Shown here piece by piece: positions 24,885 to 34,705 of a stretch of 64,000 nt of DNA. The stretch comes from a candidate division WOR-3 bacterium UBA2258 (GTDB lineage Bacteria; Hydrothermota; Tepidihabitantia; Tepidihabitantales; Tepidihabitantaceae). The notes beneath the pieces were generated by a model. It saw only the letters and a list, made by a program, of their open reading frames with translations. It ran no database searches and was not told the DNA's origin. The stretch lies in assembly GCA_002347155.1 (NCBI GenBank), contig DDXO01000025.1, forward strand, positions 10,853 to 74,852. Direction: 5' to 3'. Within the stretch, counting starts at the first letter, position 1; every line of letters starts with the position of its first letter. The position numbers were made by a program, and so were the translations under genes.

Positions 24885-27110
24885 CTATTTCGTGTAGCGG
24901 AACTCGCGCCCGACCGAGAAGAAGAAGGCCACGGTAGCGGGCCACCCCGCGGGTCTCAGGCCGAAATCCCCAGCGCCGACGACTAGCTGGACAGGGCCGA
25001 TCGGCGTGTTTGTGCGCGCACCGACGCCCACGCCCCAGTGCAGCAGAGACGGCACGTTCGGTATTGCCAGCAGGTCGCTCCACGGCGCGAATGTGCCCAC
25101 GTTGCCGATGAGTTGTGCGTAGACCGGATAGTCCTCCTCGCCAAACAGCCGAAACAGGCGCAAATCCGCGCCGAACCTCACGACAGCACGCTGGGCTGAA
25201 GTGAATTCGTCGGGCTCGAATCCGACGAACTCGGCGCCACCGGTCCGGAACTGCTCAGCCCAGGCCAGTTCGCCGAAGGACGCACCCACGTCCAGGCCCG
25301 GTCGGAGAAGCAGCCACGATGAAACCGGCAGCACCCGCTGGTGCGAGTAGCTCACGCGCGCGAACTGGCGTGTACCCCTCATGGCGCTGACCGAAGACCT
25401 GAGCTCAAGCCGCGACTCCGTGCCCGCAGTCGGGAAATCGACATCGCGAAACGTATTCTCCTCAAACCGGAAGCTCGGGCCGACGACCCACTCCGCACGG
25501 AGCGAATCGCGCAGGCTGCCGACCACCGCGTATGTTGCGCGGTACCCGTTCAGCCCGAAGACAAAGAAGGCATCACGGCCAACAACGTATCCGGCCTCGC
25601 CTACGCCGCCGCGATAGCCGACCGTGTAGACTCCCTGCCTCCGGCCCTGTTCGTAGTAGGACCTGTCGACCGAGCCCGCATAACCGTCCAGCCGGTAACC
25701 GAATGGTAGTCGGAATAACCGCGTACCGGTCAGCCCGAGCCGTACCTCATTCGGGTTTCCGAGGTCGAGCGCCATCCGCACGCCGGCGCCCGAGCCCCCG
25801 AGGTTGCCCTGGCCGACCTCCAGTCCGAGTGCCAGTCTGCCGGCGATGTCGTAGCGCAGCCCAAGCGAGTAGAACCCATAGGGCCGCTCATCCACCTCGA
25901 TGACGACATCGACTGAATCGCCCCCGACCGGCTCAAGCCGATAGTTGACGTTTTCGAAGAGCCCGGTGTTGAATAACCGTGTGAGGTCATCGATGAGTCG
26001 GCCGAACCGCAGCAAATCACCTTGCCTGGTTGACAGCTCGCCGCGAATGGTCCCTTCCCGGGTTACACGGAGGCCCTCAAACCGGACCGTTCGCACCACC
26101 GACGCCGGTCTCGGCACGACGACATTCCGGTGCCGCGATAGCGCACGCCCGTCAGTCAGCTCGCGGATGCGCGGCAGCGCGGCTTCCGCCGCCGATTCGC
26201 CGGCGGCCATCAGACCCGCAGCCTTGGTGAAGTCCGAATGGGTGAACGGGTCCACATTCGGTTCAATCAGCACGTCGGCCCGCTCTTTCTGCCGCTCCAG
26301 TTCACCCGGACTGACGAGGTCCATGCTGCGCGAAGTAACGTCAATCAGCGACACGCCGGTCTCCGGATTATGCTTCATCGTCAGCACAGCTATTCTCAGG
26401 TCAAGGTCCACATCGACGCTGTCAAGCGCGTCAACCGGCAGGAGCCACTGCACGCCGCCGTCCACGAGTTCCATGTCGCCCAGCTTCTCGGGCGCGAAGA
26501 CACCGGGAATCGCAATGCTGGCGCGGATGGCCTGCTCGAGCCGCACCTTTCTCATAACCACGAGCCTGCCGGACTTGAGGTCGACCGCAGCCGCCCGATA
26601 GGGAATGGGCAGGCTGTCCAGGTCAAAACCCGTATTATACCCGATGTTGGACAGGAGTTGCATCAGCAGGAACTCGACGTTCTGCAGGGGAACCATTCCA
26701 CCCGGAAGCGAGGGAATCAGGTTCTTGTGTCGAAGCCGGAGCACGTAGCGCTGCGCCTGCTGCCGTTCAGGAAGGTACTGGGCACCGAATGGGACGGCCG
26801 AGCTGAACAGCCGATCCCAGTCTGCGTTGAGCGCCAGGCTCTCTATCTGGAGGGCGCTGTAGCCGGCTGCATAGAGACCGCCGACCAGGGAACCCATGCT
26901 GGTCCCGGATATCGCGACGAACGGAATGCTCTCGCGCTCGAGCACCTTGAGTACCCCGATGTGCGCAAGCCCGAGCGCGGCGCCGCCCGACAGCGACAGC
27001 CCGATTCGCATCGGCCGTTCGATAGTGACCGGCTCCCGCTCAGGCTGCGCCCGGGCGCAGAGCACGAGCGCAACCAGCAAGACACCGACCGTTGTCCGCT
27101 TACCGCTCAC
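24885..27110 (-). CDS. Patatin-like phospholipase fused to POTRA and Omp85-type beta-barrel (PlpD-like, type Vd secretion architecture)
   Basis: Signal peptide, GGAALGLAHIGVL (oxyanion motif), GTSMGSLVG (GXSXG) and DGG. A POTRA-like segment follows (VRFEGLRVTREGTIRGEL). The C-terminal barrel ends in an aromatic-rich strand ...FFFSVGREFRYTK. Confidence 0.8.
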   Translation of the reverse strand: MSGKRTTVGVLLVALVLCARAQPEREPVTIERPMRIGLSLSGGAALGLAHIGVLKVLERESIPFVAISGTSMGSLVGGLYAAGYSALQIESLALNADWDRLFSSAVPFGAQYLPERQQAQRYVLRLRHKNLIPSLPGGMVPLQNVEFLLMQLLSNIGYNTGFDLDSLPIPYRAAAVDLKSGRLVVMRKVRLEQAIRASIAIPGVFAPEKLGDMELVDGGVQWLLPVDALDSVDVDLDLRIAVLTMKHNPETGVSLIDVTSRSMDLVSPGELERQKERADVLIEPNVDPFTHSDFTKAAGLMAAGESAAEAALPRIRELTDGRALSRHRNVVVPRPASVVRTVRFEGLRVTREGTIRGELSTRQGDLLRFGRLIDDLTRLFNTGLFENVNYRLEPVGGDSVDVVIEVDERPYGFYSLGLRYDIAGRLALGLEVGQGNLGGSGAGVRMALDLGNPNEVRLGLTGTRLFRLPFGYRLDGYAGSVDRSYYEQGRRQGVYTVGYRGGVGEAGYVVGRDAFFVFGLNGYRATYAVVGSLRDSLRAEWVVGPSFRFEENTFRDVDFPTAGTESRLELRSSVSAMRGTRQFARVSYSHQRVLPVSSWLLLRPGLDVGASFGELAWAEQFRTGGAEFVGFEPDEFTSAQRAVVRFGADLRLFRLFGEEDYPVYAQLIGNVGTFAPWSDLLAIPNVPSLLHWGVGVGARTNTPIGPVQLVVGAGDFGLRPAGWPATVAFFFSVGREFRYTK

Positions 27111-27882
27111 GGCTGACGGGCTTTCCTGTCTGTACCTTCTGACTTCTGCGTTCTGGAATCCGGCGTCTGACTTCGGTTGAGGCCCGCCCGAGTTTCTCTT
27201 TCACTTCCTGCTCGCTGAGCCGCCTCCACTTGCCTGAGGGCAAGTCGCCGAGACGCAGCCCGGCAATCCTGACCCGTTTCAGCCGCACGATCCCGCACCC
27301 CAGCGCCTCGAGCATTCTTCGCAACTGCCGCTTTCGTCCCTCGGCCAAAACGACGCTCAGGCGATTCGACCCGATGGGCGTGGCGCGTACCGCGTGGGAT
27401 GGACCATCGTACAACTGCACGCTCTTCTGCAGGCGCCTGCACAGCTCCGGTCCAACCGGTCGGTCGAGCTCGACTTCGTACTCCTTCTCCTTCTCGTAGC
27501 GCGGGTGGGTCAACTCCAGCGCAAGGTCGCCGTCGTTCGTCAACAGCAGCAACCCCTCGGAATCGCGGTCCAGCCGACCCACGGGATACAGCCGGTATGG
27601 CAAGTCGACAAGTTCCGTAACAAGCCACCCTTCCTCTCTGCCGCGAAAGCAGGCACTGAGGTACCCGGCCGGCTTGTTGACCGCCACGACGACCTTCTCG
27701 GTTTCCGGCTTCACCTCCCGGCCGCGGTATTCGACTCGGTCATCGCCGGGAGTCACCGACTGGCCCAACCTCGCCGATGCGCCGTTGACGCGAACACGCC
27801 CGGCCTCAATCAACTCCTCGCAGTGACGGCGCGAGCCGATGCCACAGGACGCGAGGTACTTCTGCAATCGCTCCGGCTTCAT
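27100..27882 (-). CDS. Pseudouridine synthase, RsuA/RluB family
   Basis: N-terminal S4 domain (RLQKYLASCGIGSRRHCEELIEAGRVRVNG) and catalytic motif YPVGRLDRDSEGLLLLTNDG. ATG 27882 sits 8 nt after a TTGACA-N16-TACCTT promoter. Confidence 0.88.
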   Translation of the reverse strand: MKPERLQKYLASCGIGSRRHCEELIEAGRVRVNGASARLGQSVTPGDDRVEYRGREVKPETEKVVVAVNKPAGYLSACFRGREEGWLVTELVDLPYRLYPVGRLDRDSEGLLLLTNDGDLALELTHPRYEKEKEYEVELDRPVGPELCRRLQKSVQLYDGPSHAVRATPIGSNRLSVVLAEGRKRQLRRMLEALGCGIVRLKRVRIAGLRLGDLPSGKWRRLSEQEVKEKLGRASTEVRRRIPERRSQKVQTGKPVSRER

Positions 27883-27966
27883 GTATGTCAAAGGTAGCGG
27901 ACGCCTGCCGCATGTCAAACCTCACCGGGGCAAGACATCTCAGCCTCTCGTCTGTATAATGGTCAT

Positions 27967-28845
27967 GTGGAGTGCCGCGCCTGCCCCTTTGACTGTGGTG
28001 TTGACCGCTCCGTGAAACTCGGAGTCTGCCGCGCAACCGACCGGTTCGAGATAGCACTCGCCCAGCTCCATCACTGGGAAGAACCGCCGATCTCCGGGAC
28101 CCGCGGGTCCGGCACCATCTTCTTCAGCCACTGCAACCTCCGCTGCAGGTTCTGCCAGAACTGCGACATCTCGCAACAGGGCAAGGGTCGAGAAGTCACG
28201 CCCGTACGGCTGCTGGCCATCATGCAGGAACTCGAGCAGCAGGGCGCACACAACATCAATCTCGTGTCGCCGACTCACTACTCGGAACATCTCCTCCCAA
28301 TCCTGGAGAGTGCCCGCGCCAGGCTGAGGATTCCCATCGTCTGGAACTCAAACGGGTACGAGAAGGCGGAGACGCTCGTCCGCTTTGAAGGTCTGGTACA
28401 GGTCTATTTGCCCGACCTCAAGTACCATTCGGACGAACTCGCCCGCGCCTGCTCGTCCGCGCCTGACTACTTCCGATACGCCTCTGCAGCTATCATCGAG
28501 ATGAAACGGCAGGTGGGTCGGAACCGTTACGACGAACACGGAGTCATCGAGAAAGGCCTCATCATCCGACACCTTGTGCTGCCTGGCCAGACCGATGACA
28601 GCAAGCAACTTCTCAAGTGGATTCACGACGAACTCGGACCACGCACCAGCATCAGCTTGATGTCTCAGTACTACCCGGTTCACAGTGCCGCCGAACTTCC
28701 GGGCATGAACCGCCGTTTGTCTCCTGACGAGTACGAGAACGTCCGGCGCCGGTTCGAGGAACTGGGCTTCGAGGAGGGTTTCGCGCAGCAGTTGTCATCA
28801 GCCAAGCGCGAGTACACCCCCGAGTTCGACGGAAAGGGCGTGTAG
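27967..28845 (+). CDS. Radical SAM protein, PflX-like (pyruvate formate-lyase activase-related)
   Basis: CNLRCRFCQNCDIS (CX3CX2C) and a Cys-rich N-terminus. 292 aa. TATAAT lies 6 nt upstream of the GTG. Confidence 0.75.
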   Translation: MECRACPFDCGVDRSVKLGVCRATDRFEIALAQLHHWEEPPISGTRGSGTIFFSHCNLRCRFCQNCDISQQGKGREVTPVRLLAIMQELEQQGAHNINLVSPTHYSEHLLPILESARARLRIPIVWNSNGYEKAETLVRFEGLVQVYLPDLKYHSDELARACSSAPDYFRYASAAIIEMKRQVGRNRYDEHGVIEKGLIIRHLVLPGQTDDSKQLLKWIHDELGPRTSISLMSQYYPVHSAAELPGMNRRLSPDEYENVRRRFEELGFEEGFAQQLSSAKREYTPEFDGKGV

Positions 28846-28895
28846 CGCGCATCGTTCTTTGACGTCCATCCATCTTACCGGTAGCATATGAGTTT

Positions 28896-30335
28896 ATGTG
28901 TGGCGTGATCGGACTCCTGTCCCGGCGTGAGGCCGGCACGCGCCTGGTCGAAGGCCTGCTGGCGCTTCAGCACCGTGGCCAGGACTCGGCCGGTGTCCTG
29001 ACGTCCGACGGCACGTTCCACCTGAAGAAGGGCAACGGTACCGTCGCGCACGTGTTCAACCCCAAGAACCTCGGGCGCCTTGCCGGCAACCATGGCATCG
29101 GCCAAGTCCGCTACCCGACGATCGGCCCCGGCTCGGTCGAAGACGCGCAGCCCTTCTACGTCAACCACCCGTTCGGCATCGCCATGGTTCACAATGGTAA
29201 CGTCACCAATTACGCCGACCTGCGCCGTGAGTTGATGCTGAGGGACTTCCGTCAGCTCATCAGCTTCTCGGACGTCGAGCCGATACTGAACGTGTTTGCC
29301 GAGGAATTGGACCGGACGGATCTCGGCCGCTTCGCGCCAGCCTCGGTGTTCAAAGCCGTCGAGGGCGTGTTCCGACGTGTCCAGGGAGCCTATTCGGTGG
29401 TCGCGCTCATTCACCAACGGGGAATCCTCGCGTTCCGCGATCCCTGCGGCATCCGGCCGCTCGTCTTCGCGCGGGCGCGCGACGAGTTCGCGTTCGCGTC
29501 AGAGAGCGTAGCACTCGACCGCCTCGGATTCCACAACTTCACCGATGTGAAGCCCGGCGAGGCTGTCTTCGTAGACTCCAAGAGCAAAGTCTACCGTCAC
29601 CAGGTGCGGCCCGGCACGCCGCGTCCCTGCATCTTCGAGTTCGTGTACTTCGCCCGACCGGACTCGGTGATTGACGGCATCGAAGTCTACCAGGCCAGGC
29701 TGAGGCTCGGCGAACGCCTCGCGGTTGAGGTCGCACGTCAGGGAGTGAAACCCGACGTCGTCATACCGGTACCGGACACGGCCCGCGCCGCCGCCACCTC
29801 GCTCGCCTCGGCTCTAGGCCTCGAGCAGCGCGAGGGCCTCATCAAGAACCGCTACATCGCGCGGACGTTCATAATGCACGGACAGGATCGCCGCGCCCTG
29901 TCGGTTCGCCAGAAACTCAATCCGGTACGTTCCCAGGTTGCGGGCAAAAACGTCCTGCTGGTCGACGACTCGATTGTACGCGGTACGACATCGAGGGAGA
30001 TCGTCCAAATGGTCCGAGGCGCCGGCACGCGCAGGGTATTCCTGGCGATAACGGCTCCTCCGCTCCGCTGCCCCTGCGTGTACGGCATCGACATGATGAC
30101 GCGCGGCGAGTTCGTTGCCAAGGACCGCACGGCCGAACAGGTCCGACGAGCCGTCGGCGCGGACGCACTCATCTATCAGACCTATCAGGGCCTTGTCGAG
30201 GCCGTAGCCGGCCCTCGCCCCTCGTCCCTCATCCCTCGCTCCTTCTGCACCGCCTGCTTCGACGGCAAGTACCCGACCGGCGTGACCGTACGCTACCTCG
30301 CTCAGATGGAACGCGAGCGCCAGCGCTGGTCGTAG
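28896..30335 (+). CDS. purF: Amidophosphoribosyltransferase (copy 1)
   Basis: MCGVIGL (Ntn Cys), LQHRGQDSAGV, FEFVYFARPDS, DDSIVRGTTS, and the C-terminal FCTACFDGKYP. Confidence 0.92.
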   Translation: MCGVIGLLSRREAGTRLVEGLLALQHRGQDSAGVLTSDGTFHLKKGNGTVAHVFNPKNLGRLAGNHGIGQVRYPTIGPGSVEDAQPFYVNHPFGIAMVHNGNVTNYADLRRELMLRDFRQLISFSDVEPILNVFAEELDRTDLGRFAPASVFKAVEGVFRRVQGAYSVVALIHQRGILAFRDPCGIRPLVFARARDEFAFASESVALDRLGFHNFTDVKPGEAVFVDSKSKVYRHQVRPGTPRPCIFEFVYFARPDSVIDGIEVYQARLRLGERLAVEVARQGVKPDVVIPVPDTARAAATSLASALGLEQREGLIKNRYIARTFIMHGQDRRALSVRQKLNPVRSQVAGKNVLLVDDSIVRGTTSREIVQMVRGAGTRRVFLAITAPPLRCPCVYGIDMMTRGEFVAKDRTAEQVRRAVGADALIYQTYQGLVEAVAGPRPSSLIPRSFCTACFDGKYPTGVTVRYLAQMERERQRWS

Positions 30336-30406
30336 CGGAGGGTCGGCCCGGCAGCGGGTGCGCGGCCGCTTTTGACTTTGCCGCTGCCGACCGCTAACAT
30401 TCAGCC

Positions 30407-31837
30407 ATGTGTGGTATCGTCGGCTTGATGGCCAGGCACGAGGTCGGGGCCGACCTCGTTGAGGGTCTGCTTGCGCTTCAGCACCGTGGTCAGGACTCGG
30501 CCGGCGTCCTGACGTCCGACGGCACGTTCCATCTGAAGAAAGGTAATGGCACGGTCGGCCGTGTCTTCAACGAGAAGAACCTCTCGCGCCTGACCGGCTC
30601 GGCCGGCATCGGCCACGTTCTCTATCCGGCCTGCGGTCCCGGCTCGGCCGAGGATGCTCAGCCGTTCTACGTCAATCACCCGTTCGGCATCGCCATGGCC
30701 CACAACGGCAACGTCACCAATTACCTCGACCTCCGCCGCGAACTGATGTGCAAGGACTTCCGCCAACTCACCAGCCTGTCCGACGTCGAATCGATACTCA
30801 ACGTATTCGCTGAGGAGTTGGACCGGACGAATCTCCGCCGGTTCGCGCCGGCCTCGGTATTCAAAGCGGTCGCGGGCGTGTTCAGACGTGTCCGCGGGGC
30901 CTACTCGGTCATCGCGCTCATCCACAACCGCGGCCTGCTTGCGTTCCGCGACCCCTACGGCATCCGGCCGCTCACCTACGCGCGGGAAGGGCGCGACTTT
31001 GCGTTTGCCTCGGAGAGCGTCGCCTTTGACCGGCTCGGGTTCCACAAGTTCACCGATGTGAAGCCCGGTGAAGCGGTGTTTGTTGACTTTGACGGCAAGG
31101 TCCACCGGCGACAGGTGCAGCGTGGTACTCCACGGCCCTGCATCTTCGAATTCGTCTATATCGCCCGACCTGACTCCGTCATCGACGGCATCGACGTTTA
31201 CGAAGCCCGGTTGCGCCTTGGCGGACGGCTGGCGGCAGAGGTCGCGCGCCAGGGAGTCAGGCCGGACGTCATCGTGCCCGTGCCCGACACTGCCCGCCCG
31301 GCGGCGAGCGCGCTCTCCTCGGCACTCGGGGTCGAACTCCGCGAGGGCCTGATCAAGAACCGGTACATCGCCCGGACTTTCATCATGCACGGCCAGGAAC
31401 GGCGCATCCTCTCGGTCCGCCAGAAGCTGAACCCGGTTCGCTCCCAGGTACAGGGCAGGAACGTGATGCTCGTCGACGACTCGATCGTCCGCGGCACGAC
31501 CTCGCGCGAAATCGTCCAGATGGTACGCGACGCTGGCGCACGCAGGGTCTTTCTCGCCATAACCGCGCCGCCGCTCCGATTCCCGTGCGTCTACGGCATT
31601 GATATGATGACGCGCGGTGAGTTCGCGGCAAAGAACCGGACTGCCGAACAGGTCCGGGAGTTCGTCGGCGCCGACGCCCTGATCTATCAGACCTACGAAG
31701 GTGTGGCCGCCGCGGTGCGCGGTGACACGGCAGTACCGGGGTTCTGCACCGCCTGCTTTGACGGCAAGTACCCGACCGGCGTAGCCCGGCGCTACCTCGC
31801 GCAGATGGAACGCGAGCGCCGGCGCTGGACCATGTAG
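30407..31837 (+). CDS. purF: Amidophosphoribosyltransferase (copy 2, tandem paralog)
   Basis: MCGIVGL and the same motif set. Collinear with copy 1 with high identity by eye. Confidence 0.92.
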   Translation: MCGIVGLMARHEVGADLVEGLLALQHRGQDSAGVLTSDGTFHLKKGNGTVGRVFNEKNLSRLTGSAGIGHVLYPACGPGSAEDAQPFYVNHPFGIAMAHNGNVTNYLDLRRELMCKDFRQLTSLSDVESILNVFAEELDRTNLRRFAPASVFKAVAGVFRRVRGAYSVIALIHNRGLLAFRDPYGIRPLTYAREGRDFAFASESVAFDRLGFHKFTDVKPGEAVFVDFDGKVHRRQVQRGTPRPCIFEFVYIARPDSVIDGIDVYEARLRLGGRLAAEVARQGVRPDVIVPVPDTARPAASALSSALGVELREGLIKNRYIARTFIMHGQERRILSVRQKLNPVRSQVQGRNVMLVDDSIVRGTTSREIVQMVRDAGARRVFLAITAPPLRFPCVYGIDMMTRGEFAAKNRTAEQVREFVGADALIYQTYEGVAAAVRGDTAVPGFCTACFDGKYPTGVARRYLAQMERERRRWTM

Positions 31838-31966
31838 CCGACCCGTGTTTTTCGAGCCCGGGACGTGCCCCACTAGACTCAGTCGCCGGCGCCGGGACGG
31901 CGCCGGCCTCATCAGACCAGACCATCCGACATCGCCGTCGTTTTCCGGCGGCAACCAGGAGGACCT

Positions 31967-33058
31967 TTGGCGCTAACCTGCATTGTCGCGCTGCTCTTCT
32001 GCACCCTCGCCCCGCCCGGCGACGTCGCAGCGCGTGACGTTCCGAATGACGAAGGCGGGAAGATCGTTGTGACATGGACGCGCTCGCCTGACCCAAGCGT
32101 AGTCAGCTACCGCGTGCTGCGCCAGGCCGAAGGCGCTGCCGAGTGGGATACACTCGGCATCGCCGGGCGGCTCGCCTCGCGCTACTTTGACGAAGAAGCA
32201 CCAAACGGTACGCGGTACCGGTACAAGGTCGTGGCCGAAGCCGATACCCTGCACGGCGAGTCCGAAACGTCCGGGTACGCCCAGGCAGCGCCACAGTGGT
32301 TCAACACCGGCCGCATCCCGACGATGATTGGCGCCGCGATTATCTTTCTGATCTTCCTCTACACATTCGAGCGGGCCAGGCGCGGAGCCAAGATGTTCAT
32401 CCGGCGTATCGCCGGCCTGGACGCGGTAGAGGAAGCGCTGGGGCGCGCCACGGAAATGGGCCGACCCACGCTTTACGTTCCCGGTCTGTCATCGATCGAC
32501 GACGTCGCCACCATTGCCTCGCTCAATATCCTGGGCGAGGTCGCCAAGAAGACCGCCAAGTTCGGCACGCCGCTGATCGTCCCCAACCGCGACCCAATCG
32601 TCTACACGGTGGCGCGCGAGGTCGTCAAAGAGTCCTACGCGGCGGTCGGCCGGCCCGACGCTTTCAACCCCGACTCGGTCTTCTACGTGACCGACCAGCA
32701 GTTCGCCTACGCCGCTGCGGTCGACGGCATCATGCTCCGGGAGAAGCCGGCAACCAACTTCCTCATCGGCATGTTCTGGGCCGAGTCCCTGATTCTGGCC
32801 GAAACCGGCGCCATCTCCGGCGCGGTCCAGATTGCCGGCACCGACGCGGTCAGCCAGCTCCCGTTCTTCATCACCGCCTGCGACTACACCCTCATCGGCG
32901 AAGAGCTCTACGCCGCGTCGGCCTACATCTCGCGCGAGCCGCTCCGACTCGGCGCCATCAAGGGCCAGGACTACAACAAGCTGGTAATTCTCGCCCTGAT
33001 GCTAGGCGGCACCCTGCTCGCGTTGGCGGCAAACATCCGCATCACCGACGTCCTCTAA
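31967..33058 (+). CDS. Membrane protein with N-terminal FN3-like domain, function unknown
   Basis: TTG start after AGGAGG, with a signal peptide. An FN3-like segment is present (KIVVTWTRSPDPSVVSYRVLR...GTRYRYKVVA), followed by TM helices flanking a conserved soluble region. Confidence 0.7.
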   Translation: MALTCIVALLFCTLAPPGDVAARDVPNDEGGKIVVTWTRSPDPSVVSYRVLRQAEGAAEWDTLGIAGRLASRYFDEEAPNGTRYRYKVVAEADTLHGESETSGYAQAAPQWFNTGRIPTMIGAAIIFLIFLYTFERARRGAKMFIRRIAGLDAVEEALGRATEMGRPTLYVPGLSSIDDVATIASLNILGEVAKKTAKFGTPLIVPNRDPIVYTVAREVVKESYAAVGRPDAFNPDSVFYVTDQQFAYAAAVDGIMLREKPATNFLIGMFWAESLILAETGAISGAVQIAGTDAVSQLPFFITACDYTLIGEELYAASAYISREPLRLGAIKGQDYNKLVILALMLGGTLLALAANIRITDVL

Positions 33059-33067
33059 GGAGACGCG

Positions 33068-33733
33068 ATGAAACGAAAACTACCACTGCTGATTGTGCTG
33101 GTGACAGGCATCTTCGGCGTCCTGACCTACATCATCCCGCACCCGGTAGTCCAGACGACCGACTCCGTCATCCGCAACGACATACTCCGCATCATCGGTG
33201 CGTTCAGCCTCGTGCTCGGCATCGGCTCGATCCTGCGCCACCATTTCATCAAAATCAAGCGCAAGTCCGAGAACTGGGGCTACAGTTGGATAACGGTAGT
33301 CGCTCTCTTCGTTAGCGCTGTTATCGGCCTGTTCGGCGGCATCGACCCGACCCGGCCCGGCATACTGCCGACACACATCGGTGGCTTCTCGTTCCACATC
33401 CAGTCACTCTTCACCGGCCTGATCGTTCCGCTCGGCTCGACGATGTTCGCGTTGCTCGCCTTCTTCATGGCCTCGGCCTCGTACCGTGCCTTCCGTGCCC
33501 GCAACTTCGAGGCGACGCTGCTGCTTATCTCCGCCTTCATACTGATGCTCGGCGCGATGCCGCTCACCCGCCTGCTGGTCAAGGAACTGCCCTCGTTTGC
33601 CGAGTGGATCCTGGCGGTACCGAACACCGCGGCCAAGCGCGGCATCGGTTTCGGCATCAGTCTTGGTATCCTCGCCACATCGCTCAAGATCATACTCGGC
33701 ATCGAGCGCGGCTGGCTCGGAGGAGGTGAGTGA
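33068..33733 (+). CDS. Polytopic membrane protein, function unknown
   Basis: 221 aa with about 6 hydrophobic helices. It begins 10 nt after the previous gene. Confidence 0.7.
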   Translation: MKRKLPLLIVLVTGIFGVLTYIIPHPVVQTTDSVIRNDILRIIGAFSLVLGIGSILRHHFIKIKRKSENWGYSWITVVALFVSAVIGLFGGIDPTRPGILPTHIGGFSFHIQSLFTGLIVPLGSTMFALLAFFMASASYRAFRARNFEATLLLISAFILMLGAMPLTRLLVKELPSFAEWILAVPNTAAKRGIGFGISLGILATSLKIILGIERGWLGGGE

Positions 33734-34641
33734 TGGCGGCGCAATCCGGTGCCAAGAGGCACACCTTCTGGGAAATCCTCCAGCGCATTGACCGACGGTG
33801 GATTTATCTCGTCGTCTGGCTCGTCGTCATGGTACCGCTCATCAAGCCCTTCCCGGTCAAGCCGGTCGCCTCGCCGCCGGTGCAGCAGATGTTCAACTAC
33901 ATCGACACCATGCCCGAAGACAAGGCGCTCCTCATCTCGGTCGACTACTCGCCCGACACCCAGGCTGAACTGCACCCTATGACCATCGCGCTGCTGCGCC
34001 ACGCCTTTGCCACGCGCCGCCGCGTCGGCCTGGTTGCGACCTACGTCTATGGCCTCGGCCTGGCCGAGGACGCTTTGCGCGAGGTGAAACGCGAGTTCGA
34101 CTCGGTCGCCACCAGCCACGAGGATTCGATCATCAGCGGCGAGGACTTCGTCTTCTGGGGCTGGACCACACCGCTCCTGACGATGATGCTCGGGATGGGC
34201 GAGAAGATAACCAACGTCTTCCCGGTCGACTACTACGGCGCGCGGACCGAATCGCTGCCCATGACCCGGCACGTCAAGAACTACAACGACGTCGGCATCC
34301 TCGTCTCCATCGCCGGCTCCTCGATGCCGATATCCTGGGTAGCCTACGCCCAGACTCAGTTCGGACTCCGCATCGGCTGCGGCACGACCGCGGTTTCGGC
34401 AGCCGACTTCTACACCTATCTCAACTCCGGCCAGTTTACCGGCATGCTGGCCGGCATGAGGGGCGCCGCCGAGTACGAAGAGCTTGTCCGCGAGAAGATG
34501 GCGCAGATGGACATGAACTGGCACGTCCGGAACCGCGGTACCGAGGCAATGTCCTCCCAGACCGCCGCCCACATCGCCATCATCCTATTCATCATCGTCG
34601 GCAACATCGGGTACTTTGCCACCCGAAGGAGGAAGTCATGA
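33730..34641 (+). CDS. Bitopic membrane protein with large central domain, function unknown
   Basis: 303 aa. ATGA overlap with the previous gene. It has N- and C-terminal TM helices. Confidence 0.7.
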   Translation: MMAAQSGAKRHTFWEILQRIDRRWIYLVVWLVVMVPLIKPFPVKPVASPPVQQMFNYIDTMPEDKALLISVDYSPDTQAELHPMTIALLRHAFATRRRVGLVATYVYGLGLAEDALREVKREFDSVATSHEDSIISGEDFVFWGWTTPLLTMMLGMGEKITNVFPVDYYGARTESLPMTRHVKNYNDVGILVSIAGSSMPISWVAYAQTQFGLRIGCGTTAVSAADFYTYLNSGQFTGMLAGMRGAAEYEELVREKMAQMDMNWHVRNRGTEAMSSQTAAHIAIILFIIVGNIGYFATRRRKS

Positions 34642-34705
34642 GACACGCGAATCCGCTGCCCGTCATTCGTCATTCGGACTTCGTCCTTCGGAATCGGAGG
34701 TCCTC

